A DNA stretch of 64,000 nt, from contig NMRA01000492.1 of the NCBI GenBank assembly GCA_002633005.1, positions 261,890 through 325,889 on the forward strand, read 5' to 3'. The notes beneath the pieces were generated by a model that saw only the letters and a program-made list of their open reading frames with translations, ran no database searches and was not told where the DNA came from. The DNA comes from Phoronis australis (lineage: Eukaryota; Animalia; Phoronida). Below are positions 1 to 15,300 of this stretch, one piece after another. The translations under genes and the position numbers were made by a program. Position 1 is the first letter of the stretch. Each line of letters starts with the position of its first letter.

Positions 1-374
1 AAAAAGCAATGCAGTTGAGGATAGTATTAACACCGTTGGATTACCTAGAATTAGCAATCTGGAGTAATAACGCCGCATTACCTTTAGTAAAATACAACCG
101 GAAGAATAAGCGACTAGGCGCTATAAGGTTAAAACTCGACAACAGTGATCTTCTACTGCAGCAAATCTGCCATTTACATGCTAATAAATAATTCTGGTTT
201 GACAGAGTTCTAGAAATTAAGTCTGTCCTATTTATTTTGAAAAGTACTGCATGAACATAGAGTGAATATAAATAACTATGGGTCTACTCAGTACTATCTC
301 AAGAAGTACTGTGATAGTAGAAAATAAAATTTGATGATCACACATGAATAAATCTTGAATACAACTCATCTTAC

Positions 375-3300
375 CGTCATTCTCAGACAGAAGAGACACA
401 AATGCTGCCTGGACACTATCCACTTTCTTCTGTACAGCGGGGTACTGACCGCACTTCTGAATCACCGTTAACAGCCAGACGCAGGCAGCCTAGGGAAGAA
501 TACAGCCTCGACTAAGCACTAGTACATTTATTGCAACATAATAACACAACAAACTGCTCATCGCTGATCTAAAGAAATTGATGAGATAGCATTTTCTACT
601 GAACACCCCTGTTTCTTAGTCATGAATGACATTAGGCACAAACAGCCACATGATCCTAACATTACTACTTCTTGAACAATGTACTGTAAAACCAAGGCAC
701 CACAAGACTATCACCTAGGAACATACCAAGTCAACACTTGATACACGCCACTCACAATGTGTCATGAGCCATTCTGAGTCCTAAAACTCATACTCTAGAA
801 AGTATTCAAGTTTATCCAGAGCCCCAAGCCAACCCAAAACAAAAAAAAATGTTTACAGTGTTCAAAGAAGATGTAAGATTAAGGTAAGGCCAACCCAAGA
901 TTATAGAGTTAACGACAGCACAATAACTCACAAAAATGGTATTTTTTCTTGCCATCCCTCAAGTACAACAAAAGACTTTTAACAGTTTGTTTATCTTACA
1001 GATTTCCAGTCAGTTGACTCTATCGCCAGGATTTTGACTGACCACTTAACTGACCAATCATAACGCAAGTTTCTTGACACACCTCCGTCTGCATTTCCAA
1101 GCCGCCATTTTACCCAACAAACAACACGTACTTGGTGACTTTTCACAAGGGGGCAGAGCTTGCGATTGGTCAATTGCTAGTAGCATCTTACCTGTCTGAT
1201 GTGTGGATTAGCACTGGTGATGTATTTGGTGAGCAACATGTCCAACAGCCATTCTACGTCATCAACAGAGTTAGAAATGACCGGCTGGAAATGGAAGTTA
1301 TGCTGATAATGAGAATGGTAATTCATGATCACAGTTATACATACGTCATTACAATTTTCAACAAGAAGTAAAATTTGAAAAATTTCAGCAAAACTGGGCA
1401 TAATTAACCCTTTCAGTCCATAATAGTGATGCAAAACAAATGAAATTTCGTGTAAAATAAGAATAAACAATTTCTCAAGTTACAAAAATCTAGAACTCGA
1501 TTCTGCAGCAAAACAATAACGGTCTAAAAGCAAATCAAAACCTCAACATGATTCCAACACAATTGCATGTACTGGTGTAGAAATTACCTTGTAATCCTTC
1601 TCCTCTACAGTCCAAAGGTCGCGACCCATTGATGACCTAACCCCTTCAGCAGCGTAAACTAATGCCTCGCCCACAGTGAAATGCAATTCAAGTTGTTTGG
1701 CCTACAGAAGACATTTTGCCAGTAAATACAACCATGAACCCAGGAACAAGCACTGGTGAATGGCCTACTAGGAAATCAAAACTAACTAAGTTTCTTCGAC
1801 AAAAGTCAGCTCTGTGGTAGCTTTAAACGCAAAATAATGGATACAGCATTTACAGCCAATTTCATAAAGGTGGTTTAACAAAACCAGGTTTTAGACTTAA
1901 ACCTGGTCTTCCTAAACCTGGTCTAATTTTAGACCTGACTTGCATTTCACCAACATGGTTTAAGAGTCTGAAAGCCTGGTTTTGCTAGACCAGGGAGCTG
2001 GTTCAGTAAAACCAGGTGTAAAGTATCAAAGGCACCCCACTGTGTCGAGCTGAGTAAACCCAACAAAGAAACTATTGAAGTGCTTCAATGAAACCCTGAT
2101 CATGTGGGTATACAATGGCATACACTAGTAGAATCAGTGCAGACATTTACGAAAAACATCTAAAAACTTTTCTCATGAGGAAAACTAATTTCTGTAACCA
2201 ACTCACACACATTAAAGAACATGTTCCCGATTAAATGTAACATGTTACATGCCCAAATTTATCTCCTTGTCATTTTAGTGTTTATTTTCCGCGGCCAAAC
2301 CGGGGGGCAAGACCCCTTCCTGGCAACATTATATCTGAGAACAGTGAAGGTGGAACTCACCTAGATTATTGCCTCCTGGTGTGGGGTGTTGCATCAGGCA
2401 AGGATATGAAAACCATCCAGTTTATCCAAAATAGGGCTGCCCGGATTATTCTGGGAGATGGTGTTAGAGATATTAGTATCGAAAACCTTCATAAAGAGAC
2501 TGGTATTATGAAAATTCACACAAGACATCAATTCCTATCTGCTTGTTGTATGTACAAATGTTTTAAAGGCCTTGTCCCATCTTACTTATGTGCTAAGTTT
2601 AAGATGACTACTAATCGCTACAATACTAGGTCCTCATCATCATCTGATTTCAATCTTCCTAAACGCAGAAGCGAGACTGGGAAAAATCATTTTCCTACAG
2701 CAGACCCTTTTTATGGAACTCTCTCCCTGCAGATGCCAAATCTACATCATCCTTTCTAACCTTTAAAAGAATTATAAGAAATAGATTTAATTCCATGTAG
2801 TGTCTAAATTGCATGTTTATTCATTTGTTATTTATATAATGTCTTACTTTTATTAATTATTTATTGTCTGTTTTAATTTTTTATATTTATATTTATACTT
2901 TTTTTATTTTTTAGTTAATTATCTTGTCTTAATTTTTTTTTCTTTTATTTATCATATTTTATTTTTATTTTACTTCATCAGTCTTTCCATGTTAATTTCT
3001 TATTCTTTGCTTATTACTTAAATTTGTCTTTCATTGTGTAATTCTGTTTTTGTCTTACTGTCTGTTTGTTTTTTACTAAGGGCCCCCATGGAAAGCAGTT
3101 TGAACTGATGGGGCTACCCTCATTGTAAATATTGCATTAATAAATAAGTCAGAAGAATGAGAAGATGCTGTCTTTAGTCATATCCGTAGCGCTTACGACG
3201 ATGACGCCCTGCTCGACCAGTCGTATTCTGAGGAATCTGCAGGACACACTCCAGCAAGTACTGGTCTACGCATAAAGGGATCCACGGGGGTCAAGGGGTC

Positions 3301-6300
3301 CGAAGTCCCCTTTTTTCCCTTGATTTTAGTGATATCAAATCTATAATTTTCAAATTGTTGACTTGCCCCCCCCTTTCAAAAAGTCCTTGACAGTCCCCCC
3401 ATCTTAGATCTGCCCCTGCTACGTTTGATCTTGTGTCATGGTAAAACTGAATATTGAAAATACCGGTAGTCCATTTTCGCTCTAAAACCGTTGCAAATGT
3501 TCTCCGCGGCATCATTCAGTTGTACCTATACCATGCATGCAAGTCTGAAATATTTAATAGTTAAACCTGGGTCAGACCAAGTCTAAATTTAAATATGGTT
3601 TAAGATCTTAATACAGGTCTAAAGAATATAGACCTCGTTGGTGAAATGAAAACTGACTTAGACCAGGTCTAAACTGGAGTTAAACCAGGTTTTACTAGAC
3701 CACTGGTCTAAAAGTTAAACCATCTTTATGTAAATGCAGTTTATCTTTAAACCTGGTCTAAGTCCAGTTTAAACCAGGTTTAACTTTAAACCACCTTTAT
3801 GAAATTGGCTGTAAGAGTCTGGGGAGCACTATCATACCAAAGTAAGCTGCAATCAGATTTGTATTCGTAATTCAACATTTCAAAGTGATCAGCATAATTG
3901 TTTCTCTTATTTTCCGTAATTTTTCCGAGACAAATATTTATTCAAATTTAGCCCAATGATCTCAACTGCTTGCTGGTCATTTTCACTTTGTGAAATGTTG
4001 TTGAAATACAAATAAAATTCAGATTGTAGCTTAGAAGTGGCCTAGTTTCCGACATGTTCACAACATTCAAATGCTATCAGCAGCTGGATGCGAGACAGGC
4101 ATCCTGCATGAAGAAATGTCTTCATTCCAGTAAACATGTGAAGTCCCTCATCGCATGAGCGCCTCGACGCTGACATACTCCATTCTGCTCTCAATTTATG
4201 CAGACGTTAACAGGAGAAGTTACTGATCACGAGCTCCATCTAGTGAATACCAAGTCAGCCCTGAACACAACATTTAGAGCACAAAACGATAATTAGTTTC
4301 CATAAACAGTAAGGAACGATATTCTCCTTAAGTTTAGTAATTCAATTCGAAGACAGAGACGCTCTACTGAAGAACAACCTTTCAGTTACCTGGGCGGAGT
4401 CAAGCAGATCAGTGATAATATTCCTCCTACAGCAAAAGTTGGCGTCACCTACGCAGATCAAGCCTAATGTGAGGGCTGCCTTCTCTCGCACCTAGCAAAA
4501 AACAGTTTGTTTCATACAAATGCCAAAATTACAGCAATACGTTTTAGGAGTAACATTTCAAACCAAAATAGCCCATCTCAACACTTTCTATTTAACAGAT
4601 AGATTTCTGCTAAATTTAATACATGCCAATGTCTATCATTTTTAAGTCAAGTTTCACTCTCACAATATTTTCAAAATTTATTCCTAATTTTGCCTTATTC
4701 TGAAGACATACTACATTTATGACAACAGTTAATGAGACCCTTACTTTGTTAGCCTCCTTGCTACTCTTTACTTTGGCCACAAGATTTTTGACCACACCTA
4801 GTTTGCTGTCAATCACTGCAGTCTCCGCCTCACCATCAGGCAGGAGGAGGGGTCCAGTGCGTCCCACTTCACTCAGGGCTGTACAGGCAGCCAGGACCAG
4901 TGTGACAGACTGGGAAGACTCCAGAAACATGGCTAGCGGAAAAACAATTATCAGAGTTTAGAAAAGGAGTATAAACCACCCAGAGAAATGTTTTGCGTTG
5001 TTGGGCAATGTTACTCTGTTATAACCACTCTGATTCATGAGCATTGAGGACCTGCGTATAGACTGATTACAGTATGAATTTTTGTCCCAGCAATAAAGCA
5101 ATGGTGCAAAGTAATGCCATTTTTGTACTTATTTGATGCCTGTGGGAAAAATAGTTCCTATCAACTTATGTCAATACTCCTCAAAGCTTAGATTACACAG
5201 CAATCAGTCCCCAACAAACCTTCAACCAATCACCAGACACTGCCCATCAACCTAATACCCACCAATACCCTCACAGCTTCAGTCATACAATCATCAGTCT
5301 CCCACAAACCTTCAACTAATCACAAGCCACCTAATACCTACCAATACCCTCACAGCCTCAGTCATACAGTCATCTGTCTCCCATATACCTTCAATCAATC
5401 ACCAGCCACCTCCTATCAACCTAATACCCACCAATACCGTCACAGCCTCAGTCATACAGCCATCTGTCGCCCATATACCTTCAACCAATCACAAGCCACT
5501 CCCCATCAACCTAATACCCACCAATACACCTCACAGCCTCAGTCATACAGCCCTTCAGTTCACCCAAGGGTTCTCCCGCTGACTGGCCAGTGACCTCCAC
5601 TTCCATGTCCTCGACAGACAGGTCACCACACGAGGGCGCTCGTGCAGCCAGGTACCTTCGACCAATGATGTGTGCCAGTGCCAAGACAGAGCCGTGTTGC
5701 TTCTCAAGGCTCTATGGTAGAGTAAAGTAAACCAATGAAGAAATGAGTGACTAGAACTATGAAAATACCATTTCCCCGTCATGACACTTATTAACAGCAA
5801 AATTGATTATTAGGCCAGCAAAATAACAATCACAGAATGGCTTATTCACGCTATGAACTTTCCTGATAATTCCCCTTCTTTTTCAGTCATGAAGAAGTCG
5901 GCTTCCACCCGGCCATCATGACAGGGCATACCATGTCATTTTGACTGAATAATTTTGGCTTGACAGTTTATAATATCATTCATTGTGTGGCCTCTTTATG
6001 CCACCAACCAGTGTTATCATATTTCAGTCTGAAAGCGAAAATGCTTTTTGTGCCTTTCTATAATGAAACGTTTGGGCCACTAAAATGAATAGCTGATGTT
6101 TGCAATCGTTTTCAACTAAACAATGAGTACGCAATTCAGACAAATTTCATTCAAGTTTGGTTTCATGCTCAAGCCAATACAGCAACGGCTACTAAGACTA
6201 CACGGTAAATGAAGCTTGCATTAAAATATCGTATCCATCTGCCCAAGTATTAATAAGACAGTACACCTACGAACCTCTAACTGGGGAAACAGCAAAGATG

Positions 6301-9300
6301 GGAGAGTTGCATACACATGGGCTTGTACTTGACATTCATATTAAGCTCATGAGCTTCTACAGACACGGGAGACAAGAGATACACTATTAACATAGAAAAG
6401 CATGCTTTGTTGAAGCAGCTTTGTGTTGGATTTATGGCCGCGTTCGAGTTACACCCATGGTGGGGTGATACCTGGGTGTGGGCTTGTGCCTGAGGATGGG
6501 ATTATGGTTGGGGGTGGGGTTACACCGAGAGTGGGTTATACCTTGGGGTGGGGTTATATCCTGTGGTGGAGCTATACTCAGGTGGATATGGTATTAAAAA
6601 GTTGGACTAAATATTGTAACAAACAATCAATACTCTGCTTACCTCCTTGCTGAGGTTGCCAGTCAGACTGCTGACTATTTCCTGTATCTGTGGATCCTTC
6701 AGACATGACTGTACGACAACAGCGTACAACTGAGCAGCGTAATCCCGCATGTCTTCACGTGTCGAGAAGACGAACGTCTGCAGCCAGCTGAGCTTCTTAA
6801 ACTGGACAGCTAAGACATCGGGAATGACGGCCACTGCTTCCAAGAGGCAATACATGGCTGGAGCACCTAAAAGTTAGAGTAGATTACTGTACAGATAGGA
6901 TGGACTATATTTGACCGAGCACAATCCAAGGTGGCACATGAAACCGGGATGAGGAAGCTGTACATAGCTTAAGATATATAAAGTTTTTGGCAAGATTGGC
7001 CATCAAACTGCACACAGCAGTGTCCTCAGCAGGCATGGTTACCATGGAGCTTTACAGTCTATCCGCTAAGTTTGGCTGTCACATGACATCAAGAGCAGTG
7101 TCAGTTGTACAATAAAAACTCGACAAGCCACTGTGATGTCATTGTTGTCATACAATGTTTTTCTTTTGTGCATCTAATCCCAAGCAAAAACGTTTGGCAG
7201 TTAAATTTAATTTTTCATAGACTTCAACGCTAATGGGCGAAAAAATTATGACCAATGAGCATCCAAACATTGTACAATACATTTCCAACCTACCGCCAAT
7301 AGCTGAGAGCAACTGCACGATCAGATTTACATACAACTGTACTGGACCCTTGTCACCAAGATCATACGTCAACAGCTTTCTCAAGTATCGACCAATGACG
7401 GGAGACTGATTCTGCATGCCCGATGTAGATTCCAGGTCAGGGGTCACACCACCGGAGTGTGATAGGCATGTCCGTAGGTACATTAAAATCTGAAAAATTC
7501 AGTTTTTTGTTTGAAAAACTAAACTCTCACAATAAGTGTTTGATGCCTCTTGAAATTGTTCAACGGATCTTGAATGAAGAGACAAGTGACCAATAATTAA
7601 ATGAAGGCAACGAAGTGTTTTGAATGTTGCACCCAATCCTCATTTTGAGAGTCTTGCTAGGTATACTGCTGCGTGTTAAGACCCAGCAACAATACCTGTC
7701 ATTTTTTAATTGTAGCTTGAAAACGGTAAGTGTTCCTGCTGAAATATGATGCCATGGGTGGATTTTTTGATTCAAGCAACCTAAATGAAGATATTTCGAT
7801 TTTAAACAATAACATAATAGGTAAAAGAACTAAATAAAAGCAAACATGACTTTCGATTAACAGAAGAATTGTTCGTCAGCTTGGTATTGATTATGTTAAG
7901 CAGTTTCCAAAAAGCTGATGAAATCTCAATCAAAGTTATGTCGGAAATGGGAGAAAATTTATTCGTGTCCACATAACGAGTTACCCAAGAACAAGTTGCC
8001 TTAGAGCAACTTGCCCTACACCAGCTTGCTGCCTGTTCATCTAAGACTGCAAGAGTCCACAATACACACCTTGCAATAATAAACAGGTTTAGACACTCAT
8101 ATGTACGTAGCTGAACAAGGGAACAGCTGGTAATTACTTCCCCTTGTCCGCAGGTTTGCATTGAGACAAGTTATCCTAGCACAAGTCACCCTACCTTGAT
8201 AAGGTGGGGTAGGTTGTCATGCGTGTGTCAAGGCTGAATTTTGAGAACCTCGGGTTTTAGCGACTGGTTTCGACACAAAAATTTACACGGTGTATGATTT
8301 TAATGACCTAAATGTTCTCTATGAAATAAGAATAAATAGGGGTCATCAACTCAGCTTTCAAGCTATTTTACCTCAAACTCCTCTTACCGCCATTGTCTTT
8401 AAAAAGCGCATCAATTTCCAGATCACAATTGTCCTGTTGCATTTCACTAGATGGCAATTATGTTTTAACTTGCTGTTGCTGAGATTGCGTAAATAGCTAT
8501 TACGTGAAAAATAAATTTCAGCCCAATTAATTAAGTCAAATTTACCATGAATTATGTCACACTTTGTCGACACTCGCGTTGGTCAATTCCTATTTTTTGT
8601 ATGATGTCACTGTGAATTTTGATGTGGTGCACTATTATTCAAATCAAATAGTCCATTACTTGAAATAAATATGCTTTGTAAATCAGTCAAAAAAACAACG
8701 ACTGCTTTAAGTGTTTTTGGCAAAGTTAAAATGAATACTCGGGGAATCCTCAGCAAAATTTTACTTTGAAAATGGGCAGCAATAAAAATAAAAGACCAGG
8801 CCAGTCTCCACTCACCTCTGCAAATGTAGCAGGGTTGAAAGGTAACACATTGGTACCCATGACGTACTTGGAACTAGAACGCACTCTTTGGGCAGCCTTT
8901 TCGTGGATGTATGTAACTAGTTCTGGGAAGGCAGGCGTGGTCCAGGCCTCCACTGATTCTTCGTCAGAGGGCGCTCTCAGGGCTTTTGATGCCTCCACAT
9001 AAACTTCCTCCCTTCTACAAGGACGAGGTCAGAGGTCAGGAATGAGTGATCAAACAATGAAAAATGCACAAATCAGAGCACTACAATCATCAAACGAAAT
9101 TATTTTAAGAATCAGAATTTTGGTTACACCTACTTAATACAGGGGCCCCACACTTTGAGAACTATTTTCTCCACTAAATAGCAGGCATCAAACTGGTTCT
9201 CAATATCCAGAACCCCTCTCAGTGTTTATGAAAGAGATTTTTTCTCCAGGAAAAAGTTATACAGGCAAGTCAAAACCTAACATTCAGCCAGCAGAAACGT

Positions 9301-12300
9301 CATAAAGCAGTAAACAATTAACACTGAGTTCCAGACCCATTTGTGACCCTTCCTGAGAACAATGATCAGAGTTCCACCAGTTCCCGTCATGCCTCATCAG
9401 GCAACACCTACTTGTCCCCACAGGCCAGAAGAAGGACGTAGCGCGATGAGATGTGATCTGCTGGAAAAACCACTCTGGCGTACTGGACAGCCATGGCACG
9501 GCAGTGAACTTCAGGCTGCAACACAGGCAAACAGTCAATCAACTAATTTTGACATCATCTAAGTTTGCCATTTCCTATCAGCGAGCAAAATTTCTTATAA
9601 GTCAAAATAGCTTTTCATCGTCACATACAGTACAGTATATGAACAATTTGTCGATATCTGGATGACAGCCCAAGAAAGTGATGTGCAATCTGCCTCGTCG
9701 GGAGGCAGATCGTCGTCCAGATGCACCCCCCGCACCCCCCAAGTGCCACCTTGATGTCACCCCTTCATCAGTAACAGTAACTGCAGTAACTGACAGAGTA
9801 CACCAAATTCATCGCTGGCATTTCCAGCATTTCCCTTCAAGCACGAAATCCCAAAAAATCCAAGACATGGTCATTGTCTTGACGATATGTGAATGATCTT
9901 AAATAAGAGAAAACACTAGATGTACCTTCTCTACATTCTGCATAATCAGCGCCTCTAACAGAGTCCTGTGGGATACACTCAGCTCTTTAAATGCAGCAGA
10001 CATGGTCGACAAGGCTTCCTGCACAGCAAGACGTGTCTCTGACTCTTCCTACAACACACCCGTTAAAGTAATCACGTTAAATTTGCACTTGGTCTCTGTG
10101 TACAGTCCGTAGTTTAAAAAATTCCAAATATTTTCGACAAAAATTCAGTAAGACAGAAAATTTCAGCTCACTGAGCTATCTACTAAATGTAAATAACGAT
10201 AAATGAGTGAATTTTGTCAAATTTGAGAAAACTATTGCGTTGCCAGTAATAAACACTTTAACGTAGCCATTTGTAAGTTAGCAATTACATTTTAGTCCTT
10301 CCAAAACATAAATCGATTTAAAGTGAGAAACACGCTGAATACAAGATATAGAGCATGAAGATCACTAGCAATGGAGAATTTTCACCAGTGTTTTGTTTCA
10401 TGAGAACAGAAATTATGTCTTGCGCTCCTCGCAACTATTACTGAAAAATAATTAAATCGGACTTGTGCAAAAGTCCAAAATCTCTGAGAATACGCACACG
10501 ACTTCTAGTTAGTACTGGAATTATTTCTGTTAATTATTTCTAGACTGTGATGTGTCGTACTTACTTGGCTGAAACATTTTCCAGCCATCGTCGAGAACCC
10601 CCGTTAATCCTACATTCACTTCCCGCTAGTTTTAAATGCAATCCATGAATCCTCTCACCTGTGTCAGGGCTTCAAAGAAAGTCTGCACCAGAGCAAAATT
10701 CTTAGACAGAACATCTGGAAGGCGCTTGACGATTTTACCAACAGCGACATAGGCCAGGCCCCTTAGTCGGCCATCCTGCAAGACAACGTGAATATTGACT
10801 CCACAGCTGACAACACATTGAAACGGTTGTTCAGTGGAGCAAACTAAATGTCATACCGTATAATTGTTACTTGAGTGAACACAGCCAAATTCTGAATTTT
10901 TGCACTTCATGAAATCCCAGGAAAAATTCCAGAAAAAATTAGCAACAAATACCCAACATGTGAAGGGGCCTTCACTAATCTTTATTAGATTAAACAAACC
11001 TTGCAAGTAAAACTCTAACAATCTGTGGCTACTTACATCTTTGGCATCAGCAATCAATTTGATCATCCCCGAGAGAAGAATTGAACCAATGGATCTGAAG
11101 TGGGACACATCAGCCACACTGGAAGACACAACAGATTGACAGGTGAGGCCCCGCCTATTGTCTGTATTTAGGCACAGGCTATTCCATTGAGTTTTCTTAC
11201 AACTGCGAGGAAATAAATTGCTGAAACAAGGTTTACTACACTGCAGCGAACACTAAAAAAAGTTTCCAAACATTATTCATTGAACAGTAATTACAAAGAA
11301 AATATTCTTAAAAATTTTCAGGAATGCAACAAAATAAAATGCCATTTTTCCACCTGATACTGATCCTAAACTAACGAATCTTGACCACAATAAATATTGT
11401 TAGTTGTGAAAACTTACTTATAGCACACATGGTGCACCATTTGCACAGCCAATGTCTTCAACTTTGGGTTTGTGGAAGACCCAAACAAGCAGTCGAATAT
11501 CACCTGCAATGAATAAAGAACAACACTGTTGATGGCACACCGTCACATACCACTGTCACCTGGTCACGTGGGACAGACGACCTCTGCTGCCATCTGGTGG
11601 CAGCAAGGGTAATTCTCATTCACAGTGAAATTCAAAAGACAATTTTACCTCTTATGAGTAACCCCCAACAAAATGATAACATTTGGCTTCTCTAGGAAAT
11701 GGCCGATACGGTTCAAATGAAATTTAACTTGAGATACTATAATGATAATAATGATAATTAACTGTTCTGCAAATTACTGATATAAAATGCTTTAAGAATG
11801 TCTTACTTTTGAACAATATACCATCGTTCAGAGACGGCTTCTCAAAATGCCTTCAGAATGTCTTACTTTTGAACAACATACCGTCATTCAGAGACGGCTT
11901 CTCAAAATGCCTTAAGAATGTCTTACTTTTGAACAACATACCATCGTTCAGAGACGGCTTCTCAAAAATCATGTCAAGTTCAGTTTTCAAAAGAATCTGT
12001 CTTCCACCACAGTTCTGATAACCCATTCCCAACCCGTTTACTTCATTCTAGTTACAGCTAGGCAGGGTCACGTGAAACTGTGTGAATGACCTACTTTCCA
12101 TACACGGCAAACATGAAGATTGAATTGATGTCACAGCATAATACCGATGTTATGAATGGCTAATAACGCTGGGATGACAAAATAATTGAGAAACCACGAC
12201 TACAGGGTTCAAATGCTCACATTACACTAGGCTAACTATGTATTAAGTGTTTCCAATGTGGATGGAAAATGGATGTAAAAGAGAATTTTGGTGAACGAAG

Positions 12301-15300
12301 AGTAAATTTCAAGATTTGACTTCAAAGTTGTTAAGTAAACTTGCATTTTCCACACTAAATACAAAGCATTCCATACCACCAAATTTCCAATGACAATTTT
12401 CAACAAATACAGACCATCTGTACTAGCAAGAATATGACTTATACAAAAATGTTGACTTCCATCTCAAAACTTGCATAAAAATGAAAAGATGAATAAATTC
12501 AAAACAGTGTTTCTGAAACTCCATTTGAGCAGCACACTACCACAGTGTCTACCATTCACCCCCTTAATACCTGCATGCAAGAAGCCAGCTGGTTGGCCGA
12601 CTCTCTTGAACGAAGTAGGTAAGGAAATATTTTGAGCTTGAGCCGTACAGGGGCGGGGCTTCTCCGCTGCTCAGGCCGGGGTCCACTTTTCTGCAAATAA
12701 CACAAAACGCTTCATCCTTAATGCTCAATTGCCAACCAAAAATAACAGAAAGGCGCTCACTGGCATCTTTATATAGCGACCATTTATGGAATGAGCATAC
12801 ATCCACTAGAGTGGCACCATATTGCTAACCATTGAATTTAAACTTCGTGGCTTCAGTCTCAAAAACAAGGATTTGTCAGTTTTTGAAACCCAGAAAGCAC
12901 TTCTAATGGGAGAAACTAGTGTACAGTTTGAAAGCAATTCATAGTGCCAAATTCATCCAATTAATATTTATTGACATCGAAAATTCATACACACTGAAAT
13001 CACTGTTATAAATGTCAAGCCAATATCTATAACACAAAACTGCCACAACCACTGCCCCATTATCAGACACTACACTTGAAGTGTCAAGCACTGTTCTTTT
13101 CACACGACATGTACTTAACAATTATAACAAAAAGACCAGGTGGCTAATCTGACAACTAGGCAATTGACTTCGGCCTCATTACACAGCTACAACAGGAAGC
13201 TATCCTCAACCATGGGTCGTTACAGGTCTCACCTCGCCTTTGATATTAATCGTGCCGTGAAAGATCGTATAAAGTTTAGCAATGACAGCCGACTTGTTCC
13301 AGTCTACGCTGCCTGTGATTCGCTTGATCTCCATGTCAGCCGCAGACGACACACTGCAAAAGGAGCGCACACTGAAGAAAGAATAGTGACAGACACTAAG
13401 GTCAAGATTTGTTAATAAATTTTTAAATTACCAAATAATCTCATTTCCTATAAGGTCATAGCTACAGTCCTAAACAAAATTATGCAAGTTCATCTTTTAC
13501 TAACAATGTTCAGGGTCCCAAACTGAAGAAATCAATACAAAATTGAGGAAAATTGATAGAGGCCTTATTAGAATTATTAGTTGCGTGTGAGCAAGATAAT
13601 CTACATCAACAAATCCATAATGGAATTCAAAAAATATTCATCAAGTGACAAGCAAAGGATCCCCAGTAGCATGCAGACAAACACATTTGAATAGTTGATC
13701 ATCTCCATCCAAACACCTTCTAAGCAATAGGGCAGTCCTGGATTACACGGCGACAGATCTCTCCTTTGTCCTGGAGATAAGAAAGTGCGTGACCTAGTTT
13801 TGGAAACCAGGCACATTTTCATGTCTCTCGTTGATGTCGCAAATGTGAAGAATTTCAGATCATGCATCCAGGGGTGTTTGTCCAGTTTTTCAAACTTTTT
13901 AACGTCGCAGTTGCAGCCCACAGCACAGCAGTTACTAACTTTCTTGGCATTGCAAGGACGAATAGAGTAATGCAACCGAGAAAAACTTGTAAGGAATCCG
14001 ACAATAACAAAAACGAACTTCAGTGGCACGAAAACGAAGCAGCAAATGTGCCTGACGGACATTTACAGCATTGTGAAAACCGGACGACCCTATTAGAAGA
14101 TAACTAACCTATGTCTAGTGTCAGCTAGAGCTACAACAAAGTGATACACCACGTCTTCTTCGGCAAACACTCCCGAGCCAAGGAAGTTGACGATGCCAAT
14201 CTTGGTCTTCTCTAGCGTGTCCTGTGTGAGGGGGGAATCTCCCGTCACCCGTTTGTAGGCCTGGGGGCTCATGGCAGGGGGTGCAGATGCGTCCCTACCA
14301 CCACTAACATTGCTACTATTGTTGCCACTCCGTTCGGTGCCAGTAGCCTGAGTTGGCGTAAAACTGCAAAACAGCAAATTCTTAAACAGAATCAGAAAGG
14401 AAGAAGCAGACACTCAGATTTTCAAGGTGAAAAACATTTGAACATGCGTAGATAGACATTTTTCTTCCAGCGTAGAAAATAATTTACATGAGTCAAAATA
14501 ACATTGGCAAAGCATGCTAGATGATTAGACATATTTAGATTTTGTTTGTCAGGCATGAATGGCATTTGATTAAAGCAAATTATTGCCAACTGTGTTTCAT
14601 TCATCAGTGATAGTTGAATTTCAACATAAGAATGAGTTTGCATCCCAATAAATTTCCTCTGAAGTTTGATTTTTTCACAACTTAAGACAAATTTAGTTCA
14701 ATGTGTGTGTCTCAGTGCATCAATGCTGGTTACACTGTGGACTTATTTCAACAAACAGCAATTTTTGTAGTCATGAACTTGCAAAGTAGTGTATGTTAAA
14801 AAATAGGCAGGTGGCCTGGTGCCTTCTCCAGTGCACCAAGCATGCTTAGACCACATAGTTGGACACATTGCACTGGTGTTTGTTTTAAAAAAAACAAATT
14901 AAAACGCAATTACACAAAAATTGAAGATCTGTGCGAATCAGTCACGTTGCCAAAGCACAAAATCTTAGTACTGTTGACCAGGCTTCGTGACTCTAAAGAA
15001 TGTCTATGCATGCCATTGTGGGGGCAGTGTTCGTCACTAACTGGCACTGCACTGCATGCCATATTGTGGGATGGTGAGTGTAGAATGGCACTAAATGACC
15101 ACCTGTGCACGACAAGCGCGAGGCAACACGGGAGAAAAATTTCGTGCTATCATAAGAGTGCCTATGTTTCAAACTGCCTCTAAAGTCGATTCACTTGCAG
15201 AAACATCGTGAATACATTTTACTAGCGGACACAAAACAGTAGAAAATGGTGTACCTCACCCCCTTCCTCCTACGCCTAGCGCATACCTACCTGTAGGGCA

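Noticed and set aside
6450-6592. Degenerate G-rich ~17-bp repeats (ggggttata-like), telomere or G-quadruplex candidate
   Set aside because: Highly degenerate and not TTAGGG. Most consistent with subterminal repeats of an old MITE.
11809-12018. ORF with three [12 protein letters not shown] repeats
   Set aside because: Translation of a 60-bp intronic tandem repeat on the strand opposite ECM29.
12564-12806. ORF-track frame [13 protein letters not shown] as the ECM29 exon
   Set aside because: Wrong frame. The phase-consistent exon 12690-12571 reads [40 protein letters not shown], which fits ECM29, so there is no frameshift.
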